Positions 8,064 to 22,138 of a stretch of DNA of 59,548 nucleotides are shown here, piece by piece. Within the stretch, counting starts at the first letter, position 1, and the number at the start of each line of letters is the position of its first letter. The stretch is from Deltaproteobacteria bacterium 13_1_40CM_4_68_19 (GTDB taxonomy: Bacteria; Myxococcota; Myxococcia; Myxococcales; 40CM-4-68-19). The notes beneath the pieces were generated by a model. It worked only from the letters and a program-made list of their open reading frames with translations, did no database searches and was not told the DNA's origin. Both the position numbers and the translations under genes were made by a program. The stretch lies in the NCBI GenBank assembly GCA_001918155.1, contig MNFJ01000164.1, forward strand, positions 1-59,548. The letters are read 5' to 3'.

Positions 8064-8754
8064 CCTTGCCGTTGAACGTGGCCGTTCCGCCTGCCGCCAC
8101 GGCGATTGGCTCGCTGAGTGGACCCGCTGCCTGGTGCCAGGTGGCGATGGTGTAGTTGCCCGCCGGCACGTCCTTGATCTCGTAGGTGCCGTCCTCGCCG
8201 GTGAGCCCGTAGTAGGGATTCTCAGCGACGAAAAAACCGCCAGTCATGAAATTGTGGACGTCGCACTTGAGCTGCTGCCCGCCCGGCTTGTCGAGCTTCT
8301 TGGGGAGCACCAGCCCCGGCTGGGGTGGAACGGCGAAATTGATCACCGTGCTCCCGTTCAGATAGGAGTGGACGTTGTGCAGGATGGGGTCGCTGCTCTT
8401 CACCTGCAGCGTCGAGTGCAGCGCCACCACCTGCACGTGCGGCTGGTAGTGGCAGCCCTTCTGGTCGAGCTCCGGCTTCATCTCGCCCTCGAACTTCTTG
8501 CCGCTTTTGATGTCCGCCAGGTAGACGACTACGTTCCTCACGCCGCCGTCGGGCGCGATCTCGAAAGTATCGTCGTCGCGCGACGTCCCGCAGATCTTCG
8601 GGTCCTTGGTGATCATGATCTTCTTCGGTGGCGGCGGCTTGCCGTTGTAGGTGATCTTCCCCTTGATGGTCCCACCGTTCGTCACGTCCGCAGCCGCGTA
8701 TTCGGCCGCTGCCGGAAGGCTCAGGAGCAGCGCTGCGAAAACGAACGATCGCAT
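8056..8754 (-). CDS. Secreted cupredoxin-like (type-1 copper) protein with flanking beta-sandwich segments
   Basis: The internal start MRSFVFAALLLSLPAAA is a signal peptide with GGAG upstream. The candidate T1Cu ligand set is ...ILHNVHS... and KCDVHNFM (Cx2Hx2M, amicyanin-like spacing). The C-terminal segment GEDGTYEIKDVPAGNYTIATW resembles a carboxypeptidase-regulatory-like fold. Confidence 0.7.
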   Translation of the reverse strand: MRSFVFAALLLSLPAAAEYAAADVTNGGTIKGKITYNGKPPPPKKIMITKDPKICGTSRDDDTFEIAPDGGVRNVVVYLADIKSGKKFEGEMKPELDQKGCHYQPHVQVVALHSTLQVKSSDPILHNVHSYLNGSTVINFAVPPQPGLVLPKKLDKPGGQQLKCDVHNFMTGGFFVAENPYYGLTGEDGTYEIKDVPAGNYTIATWHQAAGPLSEPIAVAAGGTATFNGKVK

Positions 8755-8891
8755 CTGGATCTCCTCGAGGTTATTCCGATTGTAGCTCGGCTCCGAACGT
8801 GATGTTCTTGAAGAAAATTGCGCGCGCGCGGGCATGAGGACGAGCGCGGGGCGCGTTGCCGGATGGGTGCGCGTCGATTACGGTTCGCCGC

Positions 8892-9479
8892 ATGCCGCAG
8901 ACCTTCGATTTCTTCTACGACCTGGGCTCGCCCTACAGCTATCTCGCCTCGACGCAGCTCGCCGGCATCGAGCAGCGAACCGGCGCGAACGCGCGGCTGT
9001 TGCCCATCACGCTCGGGGGCCTGCGCAAGGCGACCGGCCATCAGGTTCCGCCGCCGCAGCAACTCAAGTACATGAGCGAGGACACCGCCCGCTGGGCGCA
9101 CCAGTACGGCGTGCCGATGCAGATCCCGAGGGCGTTTCCGATCAGCACCATCCAAGCGCTGCGCGCCTGCATCGCAGCCGATCGCCGGGAGCGCGGCGCC
9201 GAGGCGATGCACGCCCTCTTCGGTGCCTACTGGGCGGACGGCGAGGACATCTCGGACGGCTCGGTGATCGAGCGCGCCCTCGCCAGGGCGGGGCTCGACG
9301 GGAAGGGGCTCGTCGCCGCGACGCATCTTCAGGAGATCAAGGACGCCCTGCGCAAGAACACCGATCTCGCGCTGGCGCGCGGAGTCTTCGGCGTGCCGAC
9401 GCTCTTCGTCGGAGAGCGCAGCTTCTGGGGAAACGACCGCCTGCACTTCGCCGAAGCGGAGCTGAGGCGGCAGATCTAA
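8892..9479 (+). CDS. DsbA-like thioredoxin-fold protein, 2-hydroxychromene-2-carboxylate isomerase family
   Basis: The internal start MPQTFDFFYDLGSPYSYLA... has the typical N-terminus of this family. The C-terminus has ...GVFGVPTLFVGERSFWGNDRL. Confidence 0.75.
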   Translation: MPQTFDFFYDLGSPYSYLASTQLAGIEQRTGANARLLPITLGGLRKATGHQVPPPQQLKYMSEDTARWAHQYGVPMQIPRAFPISTIQALRACIAADRRERGAEAMHALFGAYWADGEDISDGSVIERALARAGLDGKGLVAATHLQEIKDALRKNTDLALARGVFGVPTLFVGERSFWGNDRLHFAEAELRRQI

Positions 9480-9691
9480 CGGAGCAATCGTGCCAGCACG
9501 TTCAGCACGATCGTCAGCACCACCGAAATCACCAGGCAGGTGACGATCGGAAAGGCGAAGTGCTCGCCCCGGATGTCCCCGGGCAGCCGCCCCATCCAGC
9601 GCAGCGAACGCGGCGCGAGCCACGCCAGGGCGCCGACGAGCGCGATCGCCAGGCCGATGGCGACGAGAAGCTTTCCGACCGTCGCGCTCAT
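9476..9691 (-). CDS. Small two-TM membrane protein (DUF2905-like)
   Basis: It is 71 aa: MSATVGKLLVAIGLAIALVGALAWLAPRSLRWMGRLPGDIRGE..FAFPIVTCLVISVVLTIVLNVLARLL. Its start overlaps the nei stop (ATGA on the minus strand). Confidence 0.65.
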   Translation of the reverse strand: MSATVGKLLVAIGLAIALVGALAWLAPRSLRWMGRLPGDIRGEHFAFPIVTCLVISVVLTIVLNVLARLLR

Positions 9692-10461
9692 CCTTCGCCT
9701 CGGCCGCGCAGGTCCAACTGGCATCGTGGGCAGTAGTACGTGATCCGCTGCGTCTTCTTCACCCGGACGGTCTCGCCGCAGACGAAACATGGCTCCCCGG
9801 AGCGGCCATACACCCAGAAGCGCACGGCGCCGAAGGCGTTTCGGGTGCTCCGCGGTCCAGCGGTCCGGTTGCGGACCAGCAGCCGGTGCGATCGGTCGAC
9901 GAGCGCGGCGAGCGCCTCGTCGTCGAGCGAGGAGACGGGCTGGAACGGATCGCGGCGCTCGAGGAAGAGCGCTTCGCACTTGATGACGTTGCCGACGCCG
10001 GAGAGGGCCGACTGCGTCAAGAGCGCTCGCTCCAGCGGAACGCCGTCGAGGTGGCGCAGCCGCCTCGCGGCTTCCGCGGAATCGAATGCGTCCGCGGTCG
10101 CGTCCGGACCCAGGTTCGCGATTGCCCCCGGCATCAGCCATTCGACGACCGGAGCGGCGAAGCAGACCGCTACGAGCCCGTTGTCGGCGTGCAGTTCGAC
10201 CCGCGCCTGGAACCCGGGGAGGCGCCACCGCTCGCCCTCGCGGTAGATGTGCCAGGATCCGTGCATCATCATGTGCGTGCGCAGCGTGCGGCCCTTCTCG
10301 AAGCGCAGCAGCAGATTCTTGCCGCGGGCCGTGACCTCCTCGATGCGCTCGCCGACCGGCCCGCGCCCGAGCCTTGCGCTGTGGAATTGCGTGACGCGCG
10401 CGCCCTGAAGCGCCTTGCGCAGCGCCGTCGCGGCGCGAAAGATGGTGTCACCCTCCGGCAT
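9688..10461 (-). CDS. nei: Fpg/Nei-family DNA glycosylase (endonuclease VIII-like, Nei2-type N-terminus)
   Basis: The N-terminus is MPEGDTIF (catalytic Pro2/Glu3 pattern). The C-terminal zinc finger is CFVCGETV...YYCPRCQ. It overlaps the lhr stop by 14 nt. Confidence 0.85.
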   Translation of the reverse strand: MPEGDTIFRAATALRKALQGARVTQFHSARLGRGPVGERIEEVTARGKNLLLRFEKGRTLRTHMMMHGSWHIYREGERWRLPGFQARVELHADNGLVAVCFAAPVVEWLMPGAIANLGPDATADAFDSAEAARRLRHLDGVPLERALLTQSALSGVGNVIKCEALFLERRDPFQPVSSLDDEALAALVDRSHRLLVRNRTAGPRSTRNAFGAVRFWVYGRSGEPCFVCGETVRVKKTQRITYYCPRCQLDLRGRGEG

Positions 10462-13400
10462 CTTCCTCTTCCAGAGCCTCCGCTGGCTCCGGCGCGATCG
10501 CTCCGCGCCCGAGCGGCGCCGTTTTTAGATACCCCTTGCTCCCGGAGGTGAATCCCGCTGCCTTGAGCGCCGGCGCGAGCGGCGAGCCCTCGACGTCCTC
10601 GCCATCCACGCGGGCGATCAGCAGCGCCTTGCGCTTCCCTTCATCCACGAGCGCTGCCAAGGCATGTGCCAGCGCGCGGGCACGCTGCGACCTCTCCGGC
10701 TCTTCACCGGGCAGGAACGTCTGTAGGTTCTGCTCGCCCCGGCCGAGCCAGCCGACGAGCGCGCCATCGTGCAGCACCACCTGCGCGCCGGCCGCGCGCT
10801 GGGCGCGCGCCTCGCCATTGGTGCGCGGCCAGGGAAGGGTGGCCCCGTACGGGTTCGCCGGATCGGTTGCCGCGACCACCAGCGTGAGCGGCTCCGCCGC
10901 CGGCTCGCGGAAGCTGCGCAGGCGCTCTTCGGCGCCGGGAATGGCGAACTGCGCGCCGCCCAGGCCCGCGACGAAGTACCCGCGCCGCGCGCGGCCGGCG
11001 TCCTCCATCGCCTTGAGCACGGGGTACACCGCCGCGAATCCGCCCGTGATCTCCTCCGCATGCACCGTCTCGCGCGTGACGACGCCGTGCCGCGCGAGCA
11101 GGGTCTGCGCGAGCGCCGTGGCGCGCTCGGTCGGCGTTCCAGACGGCGCGGGAAGCAGCGACCATCTCCCCTCGCTGCCTGGCGGACCGATCCGACGCGA
11201 GCGGAACGCGCGGCCCAGGTGCGGAATGCGGCGGTCCTCCTTCGGCGCCCCGCGCAGGTACGAGCGAAGCGGCGCCAGGGTGTCGTTGGTGACCTCGCCC
11301 GCCCAGACCAGGTCCCACAGCGCCTTGAGCAGGTCCGCGGGAAACGCGCCGGTCGCCGTCTGCAAGTCGGCGAAGAAAGAAGCGCCGCGCCTGCGAAGCT
11401 CCTGCCGCAGCTTCTCACACAGCTCGCCCTCGGCCTTCTTCGGCTGCGGCGCTAGAAGGCGGTAGTGGTCCGTGAGATACAGCGCGATGCGCCCGTCGCG
11501 GCTGCCCACCGGCTCGACGCCCCGCCAGATCACTTCGCCGGCCGAGAACAGGATGTCCAGGTCGCCCGGGCGCAGGGGCTGGATGCGCGCGGAGAGCATT
11601 TCGCGCTCCAGCGCGCTCGCGACCAGCGGCGCGCCCTGCAGCTGCTCGACGGCGCCGAGGAGCGCATCGAGCCCGCGCCGGGGGCGGGCGAGGCCCTGCC
11701 AGTCCGCGACGAAGCGCGCCAGCGCGGCAGGATCGACCGGCTCGACCTGCTTGCGCAGCTTCGCCAGCGAGCGCCGCTTGAGCGCCTTGAGCACCTCGGC
11801 GTCGACCCACTCCCGGCCGCGCCCGCCGGGAAGGAACTCTCCCTCCAGCACGCGCTCCTGTCCGGCGAGTCGCTCCAGGGCGCTCCGCACCACCGCCGTC
11901 CCCACGCCCCATCGCGCCGCGAGGTCCTCGGCCCGGAAGGGCCCGTGCGTACGTGCCCAGCGCGAGACCAGGTCCCCGAGCGGGTCCTTCACCGGCTCGA
12001 GCAGCTCCCGCGGCAGTCCCGGCGGAGGTGGCACGCCGAGAGCGTCGCGCACCCGCGCCGCGTCCTCGGCCGCGACCCAGCGCTTCTCGCCGGCCAGGTT
12101 GAGCGGAAACGCGCGCCGCTCCTCGAAGAGCTGCTGGAGCGGCGGCTCGCCCTCGAATCGCTGGTGGATCTCCCCTTCCGACAGGTCGCCCAGCGCGAGC
12201 AGCAGGTCATGCAACCCGTCCACCCCGTGCGCGGGGCGGCCGAGCCTCTGGGCGGCGTGCTCGTGCTCCGCGATGGATCGCGCGTCGAGCAGCTCGCGCA
12301 TCTCGGCCTCGCCGAGCAACTCCCGCAGCTGCGCCTGGTCGACCGAGAGCGCCTGCGCGCGGCGCTCGGCGAGCGGCGTATCGCCGTCGTAGATGAAGTT
12401 CGCGACGTAGCTGAAGAGCAGGGAGGCGGCGAACGGCGAGGGAGTGCGCGAGTCGACGGACACCACGCGCAGCCGCCGATCCTGCAGCCGCCGCAGCGTC
12501 TCCTGCAGCCCCGGCAGATCGAAGACGTCGCGCAGGCACTCGCGGTAGGTCTCCAGGAGCAAGGGGAAGCTTCCGTAGCGGGAGGCGACTTGCAGGAGGT
12601 CGCGCGCGCGCTTCCGCTGTGCCCAGAGCGGACTGCGGCGGCCGGGATGGCGGCGCGGCAAGAGCAGCGCCCGCGCAGCGTTCTCGCGGAAGCGCGCGGC
12701 GAACAAGGAGGTGGTGCCGAGCGCCTGGACCACCAGATCCTCGACTTCGTCCGCGCGGGGAAAGAACAGCTCGACTTCCGGAGGCGCGTCGGATTCCGGC
12801 ACGCGGAACACCATGCCGTCGTCCGTCCACATCGTCTCCACCTCGAGCCCGCGATCCTGCTCGAGACGGCGCACCACGGCCGTGGTCCAAGGGGCATGAA
12901 CCCGAGCGCCGAATGGGGTCAGCACGCACACGCGCCAGTCTCCCACCTCGTCCAGGTAACGCTCGACGATCACCGTCTCATCGCTGGGAACCTCGCCCGT
13001 GGCGTCGGCCTGGTCGTGCAGGTACTGGACGAGGTTCGCCGCCGCGCGTTCGTCGAGCCCGTCCCCCTGCAGCCTCGCCAGCGCCTTGGCTTTCGGGGCG
13101 CGGGCCAGCTCGCGCGACAAGCGTCCGACGTGCATCCCGAACTCCAAGGGGCGGCCGGGTCGATCGCCGTGCCAGAAGGGCATCTTCCCCGGTTCGCCGG
13201 GCGCGGGAGTGACGATCACCTTGTCCTCGGTGATCTCCTCGATCCGCCAGCTGGAAGCGCCGAGGACGAACACGTCGCCCTCTCGCGACTCGAAGACCAT
13301 CTCTTCATCCAGCTCGCCCACGCGCCGTTGCTTGCCGCCTCCGGCCTCTCCGGTCTCCAGGAACACGCCATAGAGGCCGCGATCCGGAATGGTTCCGGCG

Positions 13401-15019
13401 TTCGCGATCGCCACGCGCGCCGCCCCCTCGCGAGCGCGCAGCGTGCCCGCGATCCGGTCCCAGGTGAGGCGCGGACGCAGCTCGGCGAACTCGTCCGACG
13501 GATACCGGCCCGAGAGCATGTCGAGCACGCCCTCGAACGAGCTGCGGGGGAGATCCGCGAAGGGTGCGGCGCGCCGCACCAGCGCGTACACCTCGTCCAC
13601 CTTGTGCACGCCGTTCGCCGTGTGCGCGACGATCTGCTGGGCGAGCACGTCGAGCGGGTTGCGGGGATAGAACGTCTCCTCCACCTGGCCTGCGGCCATG
13701 CCCCAGGCGGCCGCGGCGCTGCAGAGCAGGTCGCCGCGATGCTTGGGGAAGACGACGCCTTTCGGGACGCCGCCTACTTGGTGCGCCGCACGGCCGATGC
13801 GCTGCAGTCCCGACGCGATGGAAGGAGGCGCCTCGATCTGGACCACCAGGTCCACCGAGCCCATGTCGATGCCGAGCTCGAGCGAGGAGGTGGCGACGAT
13901 GGCGGGCAGCGCGCCGCGCTTGAGCCGATCCTCCATCTCCTGGCGTTTGTCGCGCGCGACCGATCCATGGTGCGCGAGCGCCACCTCGCTGCCGGCCAGG
14001 TCGTTCAACGCTCCCGCGAGCCGCTCGGCCAGCCGGCGCGAGTTGACGAAGATCATCGTCGAGCGATGTGCGCGGATGAGCTCGAGCAGCCGCGGATGGA
14101 TGGACGGCCAGATGCTGCGGCGCTGGGGCCCGGCCGAAGCCGGCCCGGACGGAAGCTCCTCGAGCTCCCCCAGCCTGGAGAGATCGTCGACCGGCACCTC
14201 GACGCGGACCTCGAGCTGCTTCCTCGATCCCGCGTCCACGATGGTGACCGGCCGCGCCCGCCACTTCTTGCCGCTGGGCTCGCCTCCCCCGAGCAGGCGC
14301 GCCACCTCGTCGAGCGGACGCTGGGTCGCCGAGAGCCCGATCCGCTGGAGCTCGCGGCCCGCTTGCTGCTGCAGCCGCTCCAGCGAGAGGAAGAGGTGCG
14401 CGCCGCGCTTGGTTGCGACGAGGGAATGGATCTCGTCGACGATGACGGTCTCGACCGGGCGCAGGATCTCGCGCGCTTGCGAGGTGAGCAGCAGGTAGAG
14501 CGATTCGGGCGTGGTGATGAGGATGTCCGGCGGTGTGCGCGACATCTGCGCCCGCTCGCTCGCCGGGGTGTCGCCCGTCCGGATGCCGACCTGGGGAACG
14601 TGCAGGGCGCCGCCCTGCGCCGCAATTCCGGCGAGCGGCGCACGGAGGTTGCGCTCCACGTCCACTGCCAGGGCTTTGAGGGGCGAAACGTAAACCACCC
14701 GACATCGCTCTTTTTTTGCTGGAGCGGGGGTGAACATCAAACGGTCGATCGCCGTCAAAAAGGCAGCGAGGGTCTTGCCAGACCCGGTGGGAGCGAGCAA
14801 AAGGGTGGATTCCCCTGCGAGAATCGGGGGCCAGCCGAGGGCTTGCGCGCGCGTAGGGGCTGGAAACGACGCCTCGAACCACCGCTGGACGGTGTCGTTG
14901 AAGGCAGCTGACTTTGGCAACGAATCCGCTCCCCGGGCATCCAAGGACCCGAGAGATGGACCCTGCGTCATAACGACGCGAAATGGAATGCGCAACACCG
15001 GCCCGCGTTGTGCATCCAA
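10448..15019 (-). CDS. lhr: Lhr-like large ATP-dependent DEAD/DEAH-box helicase
   Basis: It is about 1500 aa. Motif I is APTGSGKTLAAFL, motif II is VDEIH, and the helicase C domain plus the long Lhr-type C-terminal extension are present. The start may be 15019 or the internal ATG at 14971. Confidence 0.9.
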   Translation of the reverse strand: MDAQRGPVLRIPFRVVMTQGPSLGSLDARGADSLPKSAAFNDTVQRWFEASFPAPTRAQALGWPPILAGESTLLLAPTGSGKTLAAFLTAIDRLMFTPAPAKKERCRVVYVSPLKALAVDVERNLRAPLAGIAAQGGALHVPQVGIRTGDTPASERAQMSRTPPDILITTPESLYLLLTSQAREILRPVETVIVDEIHSLVATKRGAHLFLSLERLQQQAGRELQRIGLSATQRPLDEVARLLGGGEPSGKKWRARPVTIVDAGSRKQLEVRVEVPVDDLSRLGELEELPSGPASAGPQRRSIWPSIHPRLLELIRAHRSTMIFVNSRRLAERLAGALNDLAGSEVALAHHGSVARDKRQEMEDRLKRGALPAIVATSSLELGIDMGSVDLVVQIEAPPSIASGLQRIGRAAHQVGGVPKGVVFPKHRGDLLCSAAAAWGMAAGQVEETFYPRNPLDVLAQQIVAHTANGVHKVDEVYALVRRAAPFADLPRSSFEGVLDMLSGRYPSDEFAELRPRLTWDRIAGTLRAREGAARVAIANAGTIPDRGLYGVFLETGEAGGGKQRRVGELDEEMVFESREGDVFVLGASSWRIEEITEDKVIVTPAPGEPGKMPFWHGDRPGRPLEFGMHVGRLSRELARAPKAKALARLQGDGLDERAAANLVQYLHDQADATGEVPSDETVIVERYLDEVGDWRVCVLTPFGARVHAPWTTAVVRRLEQDRGLEVETMWTDDGMVFRVPESDAPPEVELFFPRADEVEDLVVQALGTTSLFAARFRENAARALLLPRRHPGRRSPLWAQRKRARDLLQVASRYGSFPLLLETYRECLRDVFDLPGLQETLRRLQDRRLRVVSVDSRTPSPFAASLLFSYVANFIYDGDTPLAERRAQALSVDQAQLRELLGEAEMRELLDARSIAEHEHAAQRLGRPAHGVDGLHDLLLALGDLSEGEIHQRFEGEPPLQQLFEERRAFPLNLAGEKRWVAAEDAARVRDALGVPPPPGLPRELLEPVKDPLGDLVSRWARTHGPFRAEDLAARWGVGTAVVRSALERLAGQERVLEGEFLPGGRGREWVDAEVLKALKRRSLAKLRKQVEPVDPAALARFVADWQGLARPRRGLDALLGAVEQLQGAPLVASALEREMLSARIQPLRPGDLDILFSAGEVIWRGVEPVGSRDGRIALYLTDHYRLLAPQPKKAEGELCEKLRQELRRRGASFFADLQTATGAFPADLLKALWDLVWAGEVTNDTLAPLRSYLRGAPKEDRRIPHLGRAFRSRRIGPPGSEGRWSLLPAPSGTPTERATALAQTLLARHGVVTRETVHAEEITGGFAAVYPVLKAMEDAGRARRGYFVAGLGGAQFAIPGAEERLRSFREPAAEPLTLVVAATDPANPYGATLPWPRTNGEARAQRAAGAQVVLHDGALVGWLGRGEQNLQTFLPGEEPERSQRARALAHALAALVDEGKRKALLIARVDGEDVEGSPLAPALKAAGFTSGSKGYLKTAPLGRGAIAPEPAEALEEEDAGG

Positions 15020-15105
15020 GGAATAGGTGAACGGTTGGGCCGTTAGGCAGTCAGATCGACAGGTGATTTCGAGCGTTTCAAAGGGAATGAGAGGAAGGAA
15101 GGAAG

Positions 15106-15825
15106 ATGCCGCGCGACCGCAGTGAATTCGACGATCTGGCGCCGCTGATCAAGCTGATCCGCGCGCATCCGCCGTTCGACCGCGAGACGGAACTCGTGGT
15201 CACGCGGAAGGCGCGGAAGGGCGATCGGCGAGCCCAGGAAAAGCTCGTGGTGCACAACCTGAGCCTCGTCATCTCGGTCGCCCGCAAGTTCATGGGGCGT
15301 GGCGTTCGCCTCGAGGATCTGGTCCAGGAAGGCAACTACGGCCTGCTCAAGGCCATCGAGCACTTCGACCCGGAGAAGGGAAACCGGTTCTCGACCTACG
15401 CGGTGTGGTGGATCCGTGCGTACATCACGCGCTGTCTGAAGGATGGGCCTTCCGCGGTGCGCCGCACGATGCCGAACGGCGGCCTGCCTCCACGCGACAT
15501 CTCGCTGGAGGAGACGCTGGGCACCGACGGCGACAGCGATGCGACGCACCTCGACCGTCTCGCCGACGAGGGACCGGGCCCGGATGCCCAGCTCCTGCGC
15601 GCCGAGCAGAACGAAGACGTGCGCAATGCGCTCGGCCGCGTCCGCAAGCGCATGGGCGAGCTGGCCTGGGACATTCTCAGCGACCGCCTGACTCAGGACG
15701 ATCCCCGCACGCTGGAGGACCTCGGCAAGCAGTGGGGCCTTTCCCGCGAGCGCGTCCGGCAGGTGGAGAAGAGCACGCGCAACTTCCTCAGCCGCTACCT
15801 CGCGGACTTCGACGAGGCGGCGTAA
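15106..15825 (+). CDS. Sigma-70 family RNA polymerase sigma factor (group 3, RpoH/SigB-like)
   Basis: Region 2 reads LVVHNLSLVISVARKF...EDLVQEGNYGLLKAIEHFDPEKGNRFSTYAVWWIRAYI. The region 4 HTH is LGKQWGLSRERVRQVEK. A strong purine-rich RBS (GAGGAAGGAAGGAAG) lies upstream. Confidence 0.85.
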   Translation: MPRDRSEFDDLAPLIKLIRAHPPFDRETELVVTRKARKGDRRAQEKLVVHNLSLVISVARKFMGRGVRLEDLVQEGNYGLLKAIEHFDPEKGNRFSTYAVWWIRAYITRCLKDGPSAVRRTMPNGGLPPRDISLEETLGTDGDSDATHLDRLADEGPGPDAQLLRAEQNEDVRNALGRVRKRMGELAWDILSDRLTQDDPRTLEDLGKQWGLSRERVRQVEKSTRNFLSRYLADFDEAA

Positions 15826-15848
15826 GCCAGGGGAGCAGACGCGACGAC

Positions 15849-15883
15849 GAAGGGCGCACTTCCTCCCCCGAAGTGCGCCCTTC
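15849..15883 (+). terminator. Perfect 14-bp GC-rich hairpin downstream of the sigma factor gene
   Basis: GAAGGGCGCACTTC-ctccccc-GAAGTGCGCCCTTC lies 24 nt after the TAA stop. The tail TCTCGTATCC is only weakly T-rich. Confidence 0.5.
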
Positions 15884-15936
15884 TCGTATCCGCATGAGAT
15901 GTGCCCTGGCGGCAGGGGCAGGGTAGCCTCCGCTCG

Positions 15937-16317
15937 ATGCCGCGGTCCCTCCTTGCCCTCGCGCTCCTGCTCCTCGCCTGCGCACATGCGCCCGCGCCGC
16001 AAGAGGTCGAGCTTGCCTCGTTGGAAACCCGCGCCGAGGCCGGCGAGGACCAGACCGCGCCGGTCCGGAAGTCATGCAAGGGGCGCGGCCCCCGCATTCC
16101 GGAGGGGGAGACCGTCGCCGGCGTCGTGCGCGCGATCTATCTCGTCGGCGCGGACGGCAGGGTGAGCGACGTGAGCGTGACGGGCAAGGCGTCGGCCGGC
16201 GCGCTCAAGGCGATCCAGAGGTACATCGCGAGCTGCACGTATGCGCCAGCGCTGCGGGACGGCAAGCCCGTCGCGGTGCGCTGGCGGGGCGAGCTCAACT
16301 TCGCCGGGACACGATGA
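15937..16317 (+). CDS. Lipoprotein with a TonB C-terminal-like domain
   Basis: The internal start is MPRSLLALALLLLAC (lipobox). The C-terminal part GVVRAIYLVGADGRVSDVSV...YAPALRDGKPVAVRWRGELNF resembles the TonB_C fold. Confidence 0.55.
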   Translation: MPRSLLALALLLLACAHAPAPQEVELASLETRAEAGEDQTAPVRKSCKGRGPRIPEGETVAGVVRAIYLVGADGRVSDVSVTGKASAGALKAIQRYIASCTYAPALRDGKPVAVRWRGELNFAGTR

Positions 16318-16410
16318 CGCAGTAGGGCTGTGAGGCCGCAGCGCCCAGGCCGTCACATCGGAACAGGGCCGCCGTGTGGTCCGTCACTGCCTGTACGGGG
16401 AAAGTGCGCT

Positions 16411-17628
16411 ATGGAGCTTCCGATGCCGGCGATCGCACCGCTGGACGACAACGTGGCATCGACCGTCGAACGGCGGCTGATCGGGGTCGCCCAGAGCTTC
16501 GACGCCGCGTTGCGCGACCGGATCACGCTGCTGTTGACGGCGGCGGCACAAGCCATCGTCCAGCTGGCTGATCTGGACCTGGTCCAGTTCGAGGCCGGCC
16601 AGGAGCAAGGCGGTCATACGCTCGCACTCTGGGAAGATCTGGCGCCGGTCATGAGCGGCACGGTCAAGCAGGTCAACGAGGTGATCGCGGGCGCGACGGC
16701 GCAGTTTCCCCCGCCTGCCGAGGACGAGAGCCTCGACGATCTCGACGCCGCCTTCGCTCCTTCCGCCAGCGCCCAGGCGAAGGAAGAAGGCGCCCCGAAG
16801 AGCACCGCGGAGGAGATCGCGTCGCTCGTCGCGGCGGTCTGCTCGGGGATGCGCCGTGACGTGACCCGGCTCGGCGACCGGCTGCGCAACCCCACGGTCA
16901 TGGGCGATCCCTGGATGCTCATCCAGGACTTGCTCGAGTTCCGCGGGCGCGTCCGTCTGGGGCTCGGGGAATTGATCTACCAGGTGTGCAGTTTCATCGC
17001 CGTCGTCGACCGCGAGGATGTCGTTCCCGGATATGTCGGGGAGCTCGAGAACAGCCTGCTCGTGCGCAACGCGACCACGAATCTCGCCTTTCTCTTCCGC
17101 GGGCACGCGAAACGAATCGGCGCGGCCGCCGACGACCGCATCGTCGCCGCGCTGCAGGACGCCTTGAAGGACGTGCACGCGTTCTCGCGGACCCGCGCGC
17201 TTCACCAGCTGCGCACCAGCGACAAGAGGATCTTCCTGGAGACCCGCGCGACCCTCTATGCGCTGGTGAAGGCGGCTGCGCCCCCCGCCCTGGAAATCCG
17301 CCAGTCGGTCGAGAACCTCGCCCGGTTCCTCGATTCCATGTCCGTGGTCTCGCGGCGCGAGAACTTGCGCCTGCACGACCGGGCAAAGCTGGCCCGGGCG
17401 GGCAGGCACCTCGAGGCGGCGCAGGTCAACCTGGGGACGCCGGAGATCGCGCGGCGCGAGCTGGCCGATGCGGTAAAGGCGGCATTTGCGCTCTACGGCC
17501 GCGACGCGCAGCTCGACGCATACCTGCGCGCGCAGCGGCATTTTCCCGTGGACTGGCTGAGCGAGTCCGACCTCGCGCTGGAGATCGCGCGCGTAGCCGC
17601 CCTGCTCGGCGGGGTCGCTCCGCCGTAG
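16411..17628 (+). CDS. Hypothetical cytoplasmic, predicted all-helical protein (~405 aa)
   Basis: The internal ATG is at 16411 (MELPMPAIAPLDD...). Third-position GC is high throughout. There is no TM or signal peptide, and no family was recognised. Confidence 0.6.
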   Translation: MELPMPAIAPLDDNVASTVERRLIGVAQSFDAALRDRITLLLTAAAQAIVQLADLDLVQFEAGQEQGGHTLALWEDLAPVMSGTVKQVNEVIAGATAQFPPPAEDESLDDLDAAFAPSASAQAKEEGAPKSTAEEIASLVAAVCSGMRRDVTRLGDRLRNPTVMGDPWMLIQDLLEFRGRVRLGLGELIYQVCSFIAVVDREDVVPGYVGELENSLLVRNATTNLAFLFRGHAKRIGAAADDRIVAALQDALKDVHAFSRTRALHQLRTSDKRIFLETRATLYALVKAAAPPALEIRQSVENLARFLDSMSVVSRRENLRLHDRAKLARAGRHLEAAQVNLGTPEIARRELADAVKAAFALYGRDAQLDAYLRAQRHFPVDWLSESDLALEIARVAALLGGVAPP

Positions 17629-17760
17629 TCATTGCGCCGCATGCCCGCCTGCCTGCAGGACGGCATTCCATGGTGTCGCCTTCGCCCCCGCAAACTCGCC
17701 TTGACGCCGGCCCACCCGTACAACAGAAAGCAACCGCCCCATTCGAGGAGAATCCAGCCG

Positions 17761-22135
<4,375 letters not shown>

Positions 22136-22138
22136 CTG

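Noticed and set aside
11465-14911. 1148-aa plus-strand ORF, and several others, antisense to lhr
   Set aside because: The minus strand encodes an unmistakable Lhr helicase (Walker motifs and full length). The antisense translation is low-complexity and Arg/Ala/Gly-rich.
15893-15903. Shared 11-mer CATGAGATGTG downstream of hairpins at 15893 and 23888
   Set aside because: A single 11-nt match is within chance expectation for a window of this size. There is no extended alignment around it, so it was not counted as part of the repeat family.
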